From a virus, in the IMG/VR virus record IMGVR_UViG_3300037882_002640, positions 1 through 64,000 of that record: a stretch of DNA of 64,000 bases, one strand, 5' to 3'. Below the pieces are notes generated by a model. It saw nothing but the letters and a program-made list of their open reading frames with translations. It was not told the DNA's origin and did not search any database. Positions 40,501 to 48,938 of the stretch are shown here, one piece after another. Position 1 is the stretch's first letter. Each line of letters opens with the position of its first letter. The position numbers were made by a program, and so were the translations under genes.

Positions 40501-41878
40501 GAAGGTTGGTGATAAGCTATCCTCTATACTAGGCGTTCCTAAGGGAGAATATGAGGTTAACCAAGATAAGATTGCAAGAGCTTTAAAGACAGGTCTTGGC
40601 TTTACAACCATGGCGTTCAAAACTGTAACTGCAACTAAGAACTTTGCGATTATATCCTTTACTAATGGTACTAAAATCCTCTCTCAATTCCTCTCTAAGA
40701 GATTTGGGGTAGAATCTAATGATGATGACTTTACTAAAGGAACTGCCTTAGCCTTAAAGGAGATGACTAATTATTGGAAGGATTGGATGTTAGGTAAACA
40801 GAAACAGAATAAACTTTACCTCTTATCAGAACATTTAAATTGGATGCCAGATAACTTTGCTTATGGTAAGGCTAAGAATAACCTTCTTAGAGATATATCT
40901 AAACCAACTATTGGGGGTACTGCCTATATGTTCCATAATTTCACTGAAACATATGGCGCTTTAACCCATCTTGCTGCTGCTCTTAACTCCTCTTTTGTGC
41001 TGGTGAATGGGAAGAAAACTTCTCTTTATGATGCTTATGATGTAGTTAATGGAGAAGTGGTTTGGAAAGGGGGTACTAGAGGTGTGAATACTCTAGGGCA
41101 AGAACTAACTGAGTTAGATGCTAATGAGGTTAAGTCCTTTAAGAGGATATACGAAAGAACCCAAGGTTCCTACCGAGCTGAGGAAAGAACTGCAATGGAA
41201 TACCACATTTTAGGGCAGTTTGTGATGCAGTTTAAAAAGTACTTCTACACCTATGCTAAAAACCAGTTTCAATCTGAATTAGAAGATCCAACTATGGGCA
41301 GGTATGTAGCTAATAAGGATATTACCAGGCCTGATGGCCTAACTACTTTCGAGTGGGAGTCTGAGATAATGAAGGGAAGGTTAAACACTCTTGTTGGCTC
41401 TTTGATACTTGCAGGTAAGTCAGGTAAATTTATACGTGGCGGTAAGCAGGGAAAAGGCGATAAGAAAAGACTTGCTGAACTTCTCTCTACTGCTATATTC
41501 ATGACCTTACTCTACTGGCTGCTAGTAGGCTTTGATGACGATGAGGACGAATCTCCACGAGAAAGAATCTATCGCTCACTCATTTACGACATATCACAAG
41601 GTTTAAATGTTAGAGATTATTTGTCAACAGCTACTGAACCAGTAGTACTTTTTACCAGAGGTTCCCAACTTGTTAAAGCCACTCTTGATTTAATGACTGT
41701 GAGTGGGGAGACTTCAAAAGGTAAATCAGACAGAAGGAAAGCGCGTAGAACCATTGAGAAGACAGTACCATTCTTATCTAATAAAGATATGATGACTGAA
41801 CTTCTATCTAATGCTAAAATAAAAAGCACAGAAAGTTTCTGGGATAAACTATTCACAGATTCAAGTACTAAGCGGTAA
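37520..41878 (+). CDS. Large ejection protein with zincin motif and PD-(D/E)XK nuclease-like domain
   Basis: Start ATG 37520 (TAATG); DTPFHEYFHP; ASTADLI...GLVDFKSG; two hydrophobic segments. Confidence 0.65.
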   Translation: MICPINKKVEGLKAPPPIKSPLRDLIKEQLLTYKKYFRENYPELKDGNLTKSINYFYNPVKDLRGRVAGNNIITNNTVVSIFPKGTPDTKPNSNLIFVLDMMKSRFNFPYIIVHEPESNFKGKYLNIDGQKTVVINTAHATDDTPFHEYFHPFVRLMKNENPELFSLIAKEASFLKMEEEEAVTEYLGKVAASTYRNSLFHKFIDFVSRVLSEYFGVPFRYNPSDTVKELVDRLLVTGADVSSENTLSEAFQLLNTIDNTTGVLSKEDRRTDILGKLKSLTKDFTTDDTTDYYTSPTGTFRRLTSFVSSKEKGAFTTVFANFKSWDANHKAALKYKAENLDKSQKITINGTELTFDELVQAYELNEKTPILIGKLTHAYIEYLLTKSREALAKTESYAAALGVPYIDLDKHPNLREIHDNFGEIVRLSGITIGEKQSKFDDNIGSEVTLKSDILKDSEGYNLASTADLITEKFNGDIGLVDFKSGNITSNYSTSIFMPHGAKFGVRDTKLNHAFMELALRAIMIKEANPDAKFSYLRIVKTSKYGHHEMYEGELELFLNVIGNYYKTTNPSVYAQLEEKGLLDVNNYQGTSMSSLKYYSKIQGKSREESIAIINSELDRLHSIPFTGKQPDYIREGIKELTEVRLELEGIKDIKADLTTDKGFMAKISTLSDLDKKSIKGLNKLLIEARDKETKEVGTIFNQWDKLLEDVYAERPNYGSKKQMIGKTAATLSILFGVATLNPFILGMGIAGAYAVRRSIQNPKDAFGFMYVKSTDPDRPGYFLNNTDSHNGVKLTKAERSLRDYYKAKLASLYQDSMSVVVDMKGSMEITKAMAMRMPPTLPDNFIVRPPKTLDEYKAESELLSSFFGVKDYLKHTMAANVVSLLERDAGISQKDSLYYPVKNFYTSGKVVESEMHSFDADLGFKMMVGNLVHKKHFDTLYPVAQGVINIVEDATTPDGRKALPNILEALDRHVTMQVHSKTSEVRFRSTPITMKVGDKLSSILGVPKGEYEVNQDKIARALKTGLGFTTMAFKTVTATKNFAIISFTNGTKILSQFLSKRFGVESNDDDFTKGTALALKEMTNYWKDWMLGKQKQNKLYLLSEHLNWMPDNFAYGKAKNNLLRDISKPTIGGTAYMFHNFTETYGALTHLAAALNSSFVLVNGKKTSLYDAYDVVNGEVVWKGGTRGVNTLGQELTELDANEVKSFKRIYERTQGSYRAEERTAMEYHILGQFVMQFKKYFYTYAKNQFQSELEDPTMGRYVANKDITRPDGLTTFEWESEIMKGRLNTLVGSLILAGKSGKFIRGGKQGKGDKKRLAELLSTAIFMTLLYWLLVGFDDDEDESPRERIYRSLIYDISQGLNVRDYLSTATEPVVLFTRGSQLVKATLDLMTVSGETSKGKSDRRKARRTIEKTVPFLSNKDMMTELLSNAKIKSTESFWDKLFTDSSTKR

Positions 41879-41886
41879 TCCCCTAG

Positions 41887-41936
41887 TAAAAAATAAACCC
41901 CCATGACTAATCAAAGTCATGGGGGTTTTGTGTTTT
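41887..41936. terminator. Bidirectional intrinsic terminator between the convergent arms
   Basis: 14-bp perfect stem AAACCCCCATGACT (41895-41908) / AGTCATGGGGGTTT (41915-41928), with an A-run before and a T-rich run after. Confidence 0.9.
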
Positions 41937-42013
41937 GGGGGTGTAGTTAGTTGATTACACCTGATAAGCAGGCAACGCTGAAGAAGAATGCCCAGATTTG
42001 CTCAAATCCCGCA

Positions 42014-42265
42014 TTAACTATTCTCCACGCGATTTTGTGGACTCGGTCCATATATTCCGTTAGCTGTGGTTAGTAATAACAATACAAACGAGATGACTGT
42101 AAGGAATAGCAATACTCCTAAGTCTTCTTCGCAGTTGTATGTGGTACCGTAAAATGTAGAGGTTAGTCCACACTTACCTTTGGAACAGTCGTATAGATTG
42201 AGCGACAGGGATACACATAATATAATCAGTGCTCCTGCCACTACTAATGCGAGTGCCCTTCTCAT
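42014..42265 (-). CDS. Small two-TM membrane protein
   Basis: Start reassigned to ATG 42265 (ATGA overlap with the upstream gene); two hydrophobic helices around a Cys-containing loop. Confidence 0.55.
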   Translation of the reverse strand: MRRALALVVAGALIILCVSLSLNLYDCSKGKCGLTSTFYGTTYNCEEDLGVLLFLTVISFVLLLLTTANGIYGPSPQNRVENS

Positions 42266-42606
42266 AGTTTTCTTACTATTGTTTCGTATTCCTCTAGTTT
42301 TTTCAGTATCCACTCGTAAGTTCCAGCAAATACTTCAAACACAGGATAACCTTTTCTGTTAGTGTTAATTATCAGTATTGCTGGTAAGTTAGTGTAGGCG
42401 CTTGAAATGTTTAAACTTATGTTTATAGTGCGGGACTGTTCTGACTTATCATTGGTAATAGTTAACCTAGCAAGCTTTTTTTCTAAAGTCAGCCCCTTAA
42501 TTTTCATGTCTTTGGCTAACTTTTCATAATCAATTTGGCGTATCCCCCCTGAAAAAATGACAACCCCAATGCCCACTTTAATCCACTTGTTACTATTTCT
42601 TTTCAT
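42262..42606 (-). CDS. Hypothetical protein, paralogue of 42603-42953
   Basis: 114 aa; ends in TGA within an ATGA overlap. Confidence 0.65.
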   Translation of the reverse strand: MKRNSNKWIKVGIGVVIFSGGIRQIDYEKLAKDMKIKGLTLEKKLARLTITNDKSEQSRTINISLNISSAYTNLPAILIINTNRKGYPVFEVFAGTYEWILKKLEEYETIVRKL

Positions 42607-42953
42607 AATCTACGCAATTTTTGTTCAGTTAACTCCATGACATGTGCGACACTGCGCATAGTTCCATGCACTGCCTTGTATAATGATTGCCCTTTTCTAG
42701 TTACATCAATAACTGCAATATCGGGCAACATGAAAGACCAGCCATTACTTCTAATTTTCATTACGCGAGGTTCGGCACCTTCCACCATCTTTTTCAGTTT
42801 TAGAGTATCCCCAATCTTTTCAAGAAGGAGCCCTCTTTTTTTAAGATCTTCGCAAAGTACAGCAAATTCAGCTTCACTTTCTATGGCTCCCCCCACTATG
42901 AGCAACCAATTACCTATTTTGTACCATCTTTTGACTATAATTTTACCTTGCAT
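42603..42953 (-). CDS. Hypothetical protein, paralogue of 42262-42606
   Basis: 116 aa; ends in TGA within an ATGA overlap. Confidence 0.65.
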   Translation of the reverse strand: MQGKIIVKRWYKIGNWLLIVGGAIESEAEFAVLCEDLKKRGLLLEKIGDTLKLKKMVEGAEPRVMKIRSNGWSFMLPDIAVIDVTRKGQSLYKAVHGTMRSVAHVMELTEQKLRRL

Positions 42954-43326
42954 TATTAAGATGTTTTAAAATTAAGTTAACTAATTGTGTGTCTTTAGGC
43001 ATACCATCAGGACTGAGGTTAGACTTAGGTAATTTCTTTCTAAGCCTACTAAGTATGATGTAATCTCTAAATTTCTTATCCCCCAATATGACTGAGCCTA
43101 AGGCATCTAACTTCCCTTTCTCTTCCTCGTACACTACGATTTCCTCAGGAGATAATTCTATCTTACCAGCCTGATGTAGTATGAGGTACTTGGATGTTAC
43201 TACTGGAGATAGGTTTTGCTTCTCTAGTTCCTCTAAAAGTTTTCTATTGTTTGGATTAGACATTAGCCACACGTATGTGGCTAACAGTATAATGCACAAA
43301 CTAAGTAAGGCTACTAGGGTTTTCAT
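42943..43326 (-). CDS. Hypothetical protein with N-terminal membrane anchor
   Basis: 127 aa; MKTLVALLSLCIILLATYVW. Confidence 0.6.
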   Translation of the reverse strand: MKTLVALLSLCIILLATYVWLMSNPNNRKLLEELEKQNLSPVVTSKYLILHQAGKIELSPEEIVVYEEEKGKLDALGSVILGDKKFRDYIILSRLRKKLPKSNLSPDGMPKDTQLVNLILKHLNNAR

Positions 43327-43553
43327 TAGAAGGGTAAAGGATTATCTGCCTCTTCATAATACTGAACGCCCCCACGAGTACCGCTGGGCAAAGATATAAT
43401 GAAGTCTTGATTTTTTGGAATCTCCATATCAGCAGCAGGTACAAGCGTTATCCGCTCATCTATGCTTTCTGGGTAGAATTCTTGGACTAACGCCCCTACA
43501 AATTTTCCAGTAAGGTCAAACAAATGACCTTCTTCGTTTAAATACAAATTCAT
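43326..43553 (-). CDS. Hypothetical protein
   Basis: 75 aa, translationally coupled at both ends. Confidence 0.55.
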   Translation of the reverse strand: MNLYLNEEGHLFDLTGKFVGALVQEFYPESIDERITLVPAADMEIPKNQDFIISLPSGTRGGVQYYEEADNPLPF

Positions 43554-43750
43554 CTTTTTTTATCTTTGTTATGTATGGCGTGAAGGGCAGAATACCATAC
43601 AAGTAGAACAAAAGTAACTACTAAAGTAAGGATTAACACCCCTGAACTTTTTATTAGTTTTATCACCCTTATAAACTCTTTTGAAGTTACAAAAGTTATA
43701 ATCAAATTTACAGTGATAAATATTAATATTAGTAGGACTAGCAGAATCAT
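43550..43750 (-). CDS. Small two-TM membrane protein
   Basis: 66 aa, very hydrophobic; TGA stop in an ATGA overlap. Confidence 0.55.
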   Translation of the reverse strand: MILLVLLILIFITVNLIITFVTSKEFIRVIKLIKSSGVLILTLVVTFVLLVWYSALHAIHNKDKKR

Positions 43751-43752
43751 AA

Positions 43753-44070
43753 TTAATATATATTTGATACTTCTTCTAGTAAATGGTTAATTAAATGCCT
43801 TCTAAAGACAAAGATGTTTTTAGAATCTAGGATTTCAGTAATCTCCTCAACGTGTAGCGCTATCCTCAGAGATACTGTATCGGGGCTACCATTAACTTTT
43901 ATCGCCGTTACATCAGCCATAAACTTGTTATGTAGGGATATAATTTGAGCGTTATAAGTTAATGCTCCTATGGCGGATAATTGTTTTTTTGGGGGTTTGC
44001 CTCTGTAGAAGGTCAAATAGCTCCAAACTATTATTAGCGCGAATATGATACTAATTATTGTTGTAATCAT
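43753..44070 (-). CDS. Membrane-anchored hypothetical protein
   Basis: 105 aa, N-terminal TM; resembles 44105-44401. Confidence 0.55.
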   Translation of the reverse strand: MITTIISIIFALIIVWSYLTFYRGKPPKKQLSAIGALTYNAQIISLHNKFMADVTAIKVNGSPDTVSLRIALHVEEITEILDSKNIFVFRRHLINHLLEEVSNIY

Positions 44071-44104
44071 TTTATTTCACTGATTAAATCCATTACGTAA
44101 ATGG

Positions 44105-44401
44105 TTAGTTCTTTTTTTTTGATACCCAAGCGTTATTGATATATGTTTGTTCCCTAACATAATTAATATGGTAATCAGTAAGTGTAGGTATTTGATTACC
44201 ATCACCACTACGTTTGTATCTAGCCACACGGTTCATAAATATCCCATGTGCTTCTACTATAGAGGGGGTATACTTCAAAGCCTCTTCTGGGTCTAAAAAT
44301 TTGCGCGACATATTTATATCCAACGCCTTTACAAACTCATGTAGAAGGACTAATACTCCTAAGCCCATGAATGCAAGAAATACAATTTGTTTTGTGTCCA
44401 T
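44105..44401 (-). CDS. Membrane-anchored hypothetical protein
   Basis: 98 aa, N-terminal TM; resembles 43753-44070. Confidence 0.55.
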   Translation of the reverse strand: MDTKQIVFLAFMGLGVLVLLHEFVKALDINMSRKFLDPEEALKYTPSIVEAHGIFMNRVARYKRSGDGNQIPTLTDYHINYVREQTYINNAWVSKKKN

Positions 44402-44410
44402 AATTAAAAT

Positions 44411-44443
44411 AAAAAAGGGCCAGTACTTAAATGTACTGGCCCT
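44411..44443 (-). terminator. Intrinsic terminator ending the replication operon
   Basis: 11-bp stem AGGGCCAGTAC / GTACTGGCCCT, T-run on the - strand, 10 nt after the 44454 stop. Confidence 0.8.
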
Positions 44444-44453
44444 AGGTTAGTGA

Positions 44454-44903
44454 TTAGGTTCTTCTTTTTACAATGAGACGCATAGCTAAAAATATTATTC
44501 CAGCTATATCCGCATTCCCTTTCGGGAAGTCTTCCTTTACGAGTTTAGACATTTTCATTCTAATCTCTCCCTCAGTTAGGATGTTGATTGATCCAATCTT
44601 GTCCTTGTGCTTATTATATAACTCTTTGAGGAGTTTAAGGTGTGAGGTGTAGACTTCATCTGTTGTTTCAGTCTTGCCTTCAGGTTTAACTGAGGCATTT
44701 TTTCGTAATTCCGCAAGTTGCTCTGTAGTGATTGCTAATTTATCACAGCAGAACTTTTTAAGCCCTTTATCGTTCACTTCTTTTAGTAGTGCTAGTGCTC
44801 TAGTGGTTTGGGCATCCGTTGGAACTTCAACTTTTTTAGCCTCTGGTTTAGGCTCTGGTTTAGGTGCTGGTTTGCGTCCAAGCAGTGAATCCATTAAACT
44901 CAT
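44454..44903 (-). CDS. Hypothetical protein
   Basis: 149 aa, Lys/Pro-rich N-terminus. Confidence 0.55.
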   Translation of the reverse strand: MSLMDSLLGRKPAPKPEPKPEAKKVEVPTDAQTTRALALLKEVNDKGLKKFCCDKLAITTEQLAELRKNASVKPEGKTETTDEVYTSHLKLLKELYNKHKDKIGSINILTEGEIRMKMSKLVKEDFPKGNADIAGIIFLAMRLIVKRRT

Positions 44904-45357
44904 ATTTTTCTACTGTTAAATCAGGTATGCTCCAGACTTCTCCTGAAGGATTTAGTGTAATATCAACTCCCTTTAAAGCCCAGTACTCGACCATCGCAGG
45001 GTCTGCATCAAATATCAGCCTATTAGAGTATAGAGGATGGGTGGGGTTCCTAGGAAAGTGTTTGTCCACATAAGTCCTGTCGACTTGTGTGTATTTACCC
45101 TTAATAAAGGGTTCGACAACCTTCTTATAGTCACCCTCGCTTATAGTGAACGTATAAACGGCTTTTTCCCCGTCTCTCTGCATGTTGACGAATGTGGGGG
45201 CAGTAGAGAGTTTGTTATGTGTTTGTTCATCGAAAGTACTATATACTACCTGTAAGGTGTTACCCTCACCAATATAAGTATTTTCAAATGTTTCTGTGGT
45301 TAATCCACTAACTCCAATGAGTGGAGTCAGGAAAGCTGATGTTTTATTGTACGCCAT
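44860..45357 (-). CDS. Hypothetical protein adjacent to the exonuclease
   Basis: 165 aa; FIKGKYTQVD and EVWSIPD motifs; operon packing. Confidence 0.6.
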   Translation of the reverse strand: MAYNKTSAFLTPLIGVSGLTTETFENTYIGEGNTLQVVYSTFDEQTHNKLSTAPTFVNMQRDGEKAVYTFTISEGDYKKVVEPFIKGKYTQVDRTYVDKHFPRNPTHPLYSNRLIFDADPAMVEYWALKGVDITLNPSGEVWSIPDLTVEKYEFNGFTAWTQTST

Positions 45358-46357
45358 CGAACACGTCTAGTTTTATTACCCCTCCTGAATCGAAGAGATA
45401 CTTGGGCATATCCCAGTAGTCGTTACTGCTATGCCATAGGTAGTCGTCTAATAAGCCCTCTATACCTGGGTATGTCCTGGTGCCTATCTTTCCCCCCTTC
45501 AGACCAGCTAAACGATCGTTGGGGGAAGTGACGAATATTATTGCAGATCTTGTCGATTTCACATTTGTTTCTGCGACTATGAAAACAAAGTCGAGAAGTT
45601 TATATCCTTCCTCTAGTAAGTGCTTTATTGGGGACTGCCCACTGAGCAGCGCTTGCTCATAGAATGCACATTGTCTATAATATCCAAAGGAAAGGAAGGA
45701 ATCTGGAAAATCAAGCACAGATTTGCCTGTTGTCTTTAAATCAAAGGGCTGAATGGTTTTATCAATGTGATTAATTCTAATCCCATCTAATAAAGCTTTA
45801 CATTCAACACCTTTGAAGTCAAAATAAATATCCACCTGGTGCATTAATTCATCCCCATACTCTGACAGTTGAAAGTAACCAATTGTGGGGGGGTTTGATA
45901 GTAGTAGTTCTTTAGCTTTACTTACTGAAGCCATCATATCCTTGGTTAGGAGGATACGCTCATCCTTACTACGCACCTCGTTATAGTACGCTACAGCACT
46001 ATGATCATTTCAGAACATCCCAATAACCCTTGTTAAGGAAATTTTATATCCCGATTTATTGTAGGCTTCTTCATAGTCTTCTTTTTGAGACATCGGGGAT
46101 ATACCTTCGGGTAAGGCGTTAACAAAATTAGCCATGAAGCTAGTCGGCTTTTCTATATCCACTACCCTAAAATCTTCCTCTCAACGCTCTGGTGAGGTTA
46201 GAAGACAATCCACTGCTGCGCCTACACTAAAGAAGGATTTCTCCTCTTCCACTATTACCCCATCCATCTGAAGTTTCATGTAGCGGGGATTTTGTAGCGC
46301 TGAGAGCAGGGAGTTTGATACCCTCTTGGTTTGGAAGTATTGTTTTATCTTGTCCAC
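45344..46357 (-). CDS. PD-(D/E)XK exonuclease (DUF3799/RecE-like); needs two TGA=Trp readthroughs
   Basis: GTG start; YFQTKRVSNSLL, GAAVDCLLT, CKALLDGI, PFDLKTT, YYRQCAFY; in-frame TGA at 46181-46183 and 46010-46012. Confidence 0.8.
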
Positions 46358-46724
46358 CTAGTTCTTTTATGATTTCTATACATTCGTCTAATTGTTTATT
46401 GTTCCTAGGCATTAATAATGTATAAGGAGCACCTAAGGTGTGGAGCATATGTTTAAACAATTTCCACCTCAAATCGAAATCAGGGCGTCTATGCCCCTTT
46501 ACCTCCATTATCCAGTTACTACCCACAAAGTCTGGTTTATAGGTTATTGGCAAGACCAATTTCCTTTTCTTTACCAATTGCCTACCTCTTCCTTCGTAAA
46601 CATCTCCTTCAAAACTGAACTGAGGCGAAAGAATTATACTCACAGGTTCGTAAGTAAAACTTATATTCGCCTCAGTCAGTTTGTCTCATGCCCTATCTTC
46701 CAAGGGGGATCTCAATTTTTGCAT
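46227..46724 (-). CDS. Endonuclease/resolvase (T7 endonuclease I/DUF1064-like); TGA=Trp at codon 13
   Basis: MQKLRSPLEDRA*DKL...FTYEP...TYKPDF...MEVKG...LRWKLF; TAATG-coupled start; TGA 46686-46688. Confidence 0.75.
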
Positions 46725-47413
46725 TACTTTAATGACACTGGACCTCTTAGTGCCCCAGTATTTTCAATCTGCTCTACTGCTTCTTCTACCGCGTCCTCGA
46801 CAATTACTTCTGCTATAGCCCCCACTATTCTATCTTCCATGGCGTTTTTTACAATGTATGGAATCAACTCTTTAGGCACTTCGCCTATTTCCAGAGTATT
46901 GGCATCCACCACTGAGTACCCTCCATTCGGGGCTTTAGCAAGTACAACCACCGCTATTGCTAGGTCTAAAGCCCTGGCCACGCCCATAGCTGTTTTTGCA
47001 GCGTGCGGATTCACTTGTTCGTGATTCACTACCCCATGTTTAACGTAGTTCGTAGGGTCGCCCAAGTACACTTTTCCTTGGGAAGCTGCTGCAGGACATA
47101 CTGTGACAGAGGTTACGGTTTTAGGATTAACATTCGCCTGAATGATTGACCCTGGGGTTTCAGCGTGTTTACCAATGGAGGTTAACTTCTGTATGAAACC
47201 GCCTCCCATTTCGCCGATTTGACCACCTGCCATGATACGTGTACCATACCCACAATCAAGTGAATCTAATTCTCTCTCAGAGAAGGAGTTCCCGACAGGT
47301 AGATAACTTGGCACGTTGAAGCCAGTCTTCTTGGCCAACTCCATCAGCATCAATTTATCTTGTGTCAGTGCTTGGTCCTCTTCGAGGATGTTTAATAGAT
47401 TTTGCATATGCAT
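46724..47413 (-). CDS. Hypothetical protein, possibly a degenerate ATP-grasp fold
   Basis: DKLMLMELAKKTGFNVP, FIQK, ARALDLAIAVVVL, YSVVDAN resemble RimK-type motifs with catalytic residues altered. Confidence 0.4.
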   Translation of the reverse strand: MHMQNLLNILEEDQALTQDKLMLMELAKKTGFNVPSYLPVGNSFSERELDSLDCGYGTRIMAGGQIGEMGGGFIQKLTSIGKHAETPGSIIQANVNPKTVTSVTVCPAAASQGKVYLGDPTNYVKHGVVNHEQVNPHAAKTAMGVARALDLAIAVVVLAKAPNGGYSVVDANTLEIGEVPKELIPYIVKNAMEDRIVGAIAEVIVEDAVEEAVEQIENTGALRGPVSLK

Positions 47414-47421
47414 ATTAACAG

Positions 47422-47715
47422 TTAAAATTTTAAAATTTCAAAATAAATCGTGTCCGCTATGGATTCTCCTTGGTCGTACCTGTAGTACTGCATGGAGTCC
47501 TGCATAATTTCTTGCACTACTATACGCCTATCGAAACGAGTGACCCCGAATTCTACCAGCGTATCCCTCACCACCTCTTCTCCCCTGTCAGAATGCTCTG
47601 TGTAAACTATTGTTGTTTTTTGAGTGTACGTTGTGGGGTTAACAGCATGTACTAAAAGTGCAGTTAAAAAAGCAGTCACGATAATCACGATGATTGCGCT
47701 AATATGGGACTTCAT
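47422..47715 (-). CDS. Membrane-anchored hypothetical protein
   Basis: 97 aa, N-terminal TM. Confidence 0.55.
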   Translation of the reverse strand: MKSHISAIIVIIVTAFLTALLVHAVNPTTYTQKTTIVYTEHSDRGEEVVRDTLVEFGVTRFDRRIVVQEIMQDSMQYYRYDQGESIADTIYFEILKF

Positions 47716-48703
47716 AGTTTGAATTTGTTGTTTTTAGCACTTTGGACAAGCGCTTTTTTAAGTAGCGAAATGAAAAGTGGCTTTTCCGCAATTTCACTAA
47801 ATCTGATATGTCCTTCGCTGCATATAAGAACATTAGTTTTAAACGATATTCTCCGCTCAATCTGTGTCCATGCTTAAGACCGCTCTCATCGTTATCATAC
47901 AACACTACGATATGTTCAAACCTTTCTTTCAAATTGTTGAATAAATCCTCAAAAATCCCATCTCGATAGCCCATACCCTCTCCATTAAACGAAATCGCAG
48001 GAATCCCCATTTCATAGAGAACCATCACATCCTTCATAGACTTTGTAACTATTAGAAGTTTGCCCTTTTTAGGGAGTTGCTGTAAACCAGCTATGTCGTC
48101 TATAGACGAATTGCCTCTTCATTTCTTAGTCTTATCTGGACTCAATGGCCTATATAATTTGATTCTTCCTGATGGAAAGTAATAAGCAAAAATTGGATTG
48201 TCGGTAGTCGCTCGAAATTGTATTTTCTTATTTCTGTACACGCTCTGGACGCCATGTACATTAAACTTCTTTAGAGTCTCTGGCGTGATCCCAAACAGGG
48301 AAAAGTATGGGTGTAATTTTTCGGAAACTACTACATCAAGCTCCACATCCTCTTCCTCCAACTTGCTTACATTTACAGCCTTAATCAAGTTTCGATCTTC
48401 TCTTATTTTCTCCAACGCATGTGCATAAGTGAGGTTGTACTTGCACCGAACTATTGATGCCCACGAGTAGTGCACTCCAGTCGCAAAGTCATGAAAGAAC
48501 AAGGTATCATTTTTACTGTAGTAAAAACCGCAACTAGGATTATTATCTTTCCTTAGTGGATTGCGGAAAAGCACACCCAATTTTATCTCTAGACCTAAAT
48601 AGAAGCTAAGAATTTGCTCCTGAGTTAAGTCCAGGTAGGTTTTGGTTGTTATTATTCAGTCTTTAGCTCTGAATTGTAGTGATTGGTTCGTATGGTTCGA
48701 CAC
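47699..48703 (-). CDS. dnaG: DNA primase (TOPRIM); TGA=Trp readthrough
   Basis: NPLRKDNNPSC..FHDFATG; KTKK*RGN (TGA 48119-48121) joins in frame to GLQQLP..IVTKSMKDVM..LYDNDESG. Start uncertain: GTG 48703 needs a second TGA (48656-48658), otherwise a non-ATG start near 48655. Confidence 0.8.
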
Positions 48704-48938
48704 TTGATTTTGTTATTTCTACTGTATTTAATCTCTTTGTTTCCATAAGATAACACTCAATTTGCCATATTGGGCAGATGTACGGGGACACTACTCGTAT
48801 CCCCGTACCACCTACTTTTTTGTTTAGACTGTTAACTCCTGAATAGGAGAACCTTACGACTACAAATTCATTGATTTGCTCTTGAACTACTTGTATTATC
48901 TCCTCGCTGTTCTTCTTTAAGAAATCTGATACTTTCAT
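48663..48938 (-). CDS. Hypothetical protein
   Basis: 91 aa ORF in the operon. Confidence 0.45.
   Translation of the reverse strand: MKVSDFLKKNSEEIIQVVQEQINEFVVVRFSYSGVNSLNKKVGGTGIRVVSPYICPIWQIECYLMETKRLNTVEITKSSVEPYEPITTIQS

Noticed and set aside
705-41904. Numerous 60-140 aa antisense ORFs within the + arm (and + strand ORFs within the - arm)
   Set aside because: They are shadow frames of long genes with no motifs of their own.
41879-42013. Suppressor tRNA in the inter-arm gap
   Set aside because: Only a terminator and a small second hairpin (~41940-41961) are visible, with no cloverleaf or T-loop. I saw no tRNA anywhere in the window, so any suppressor must lie elsewhere.
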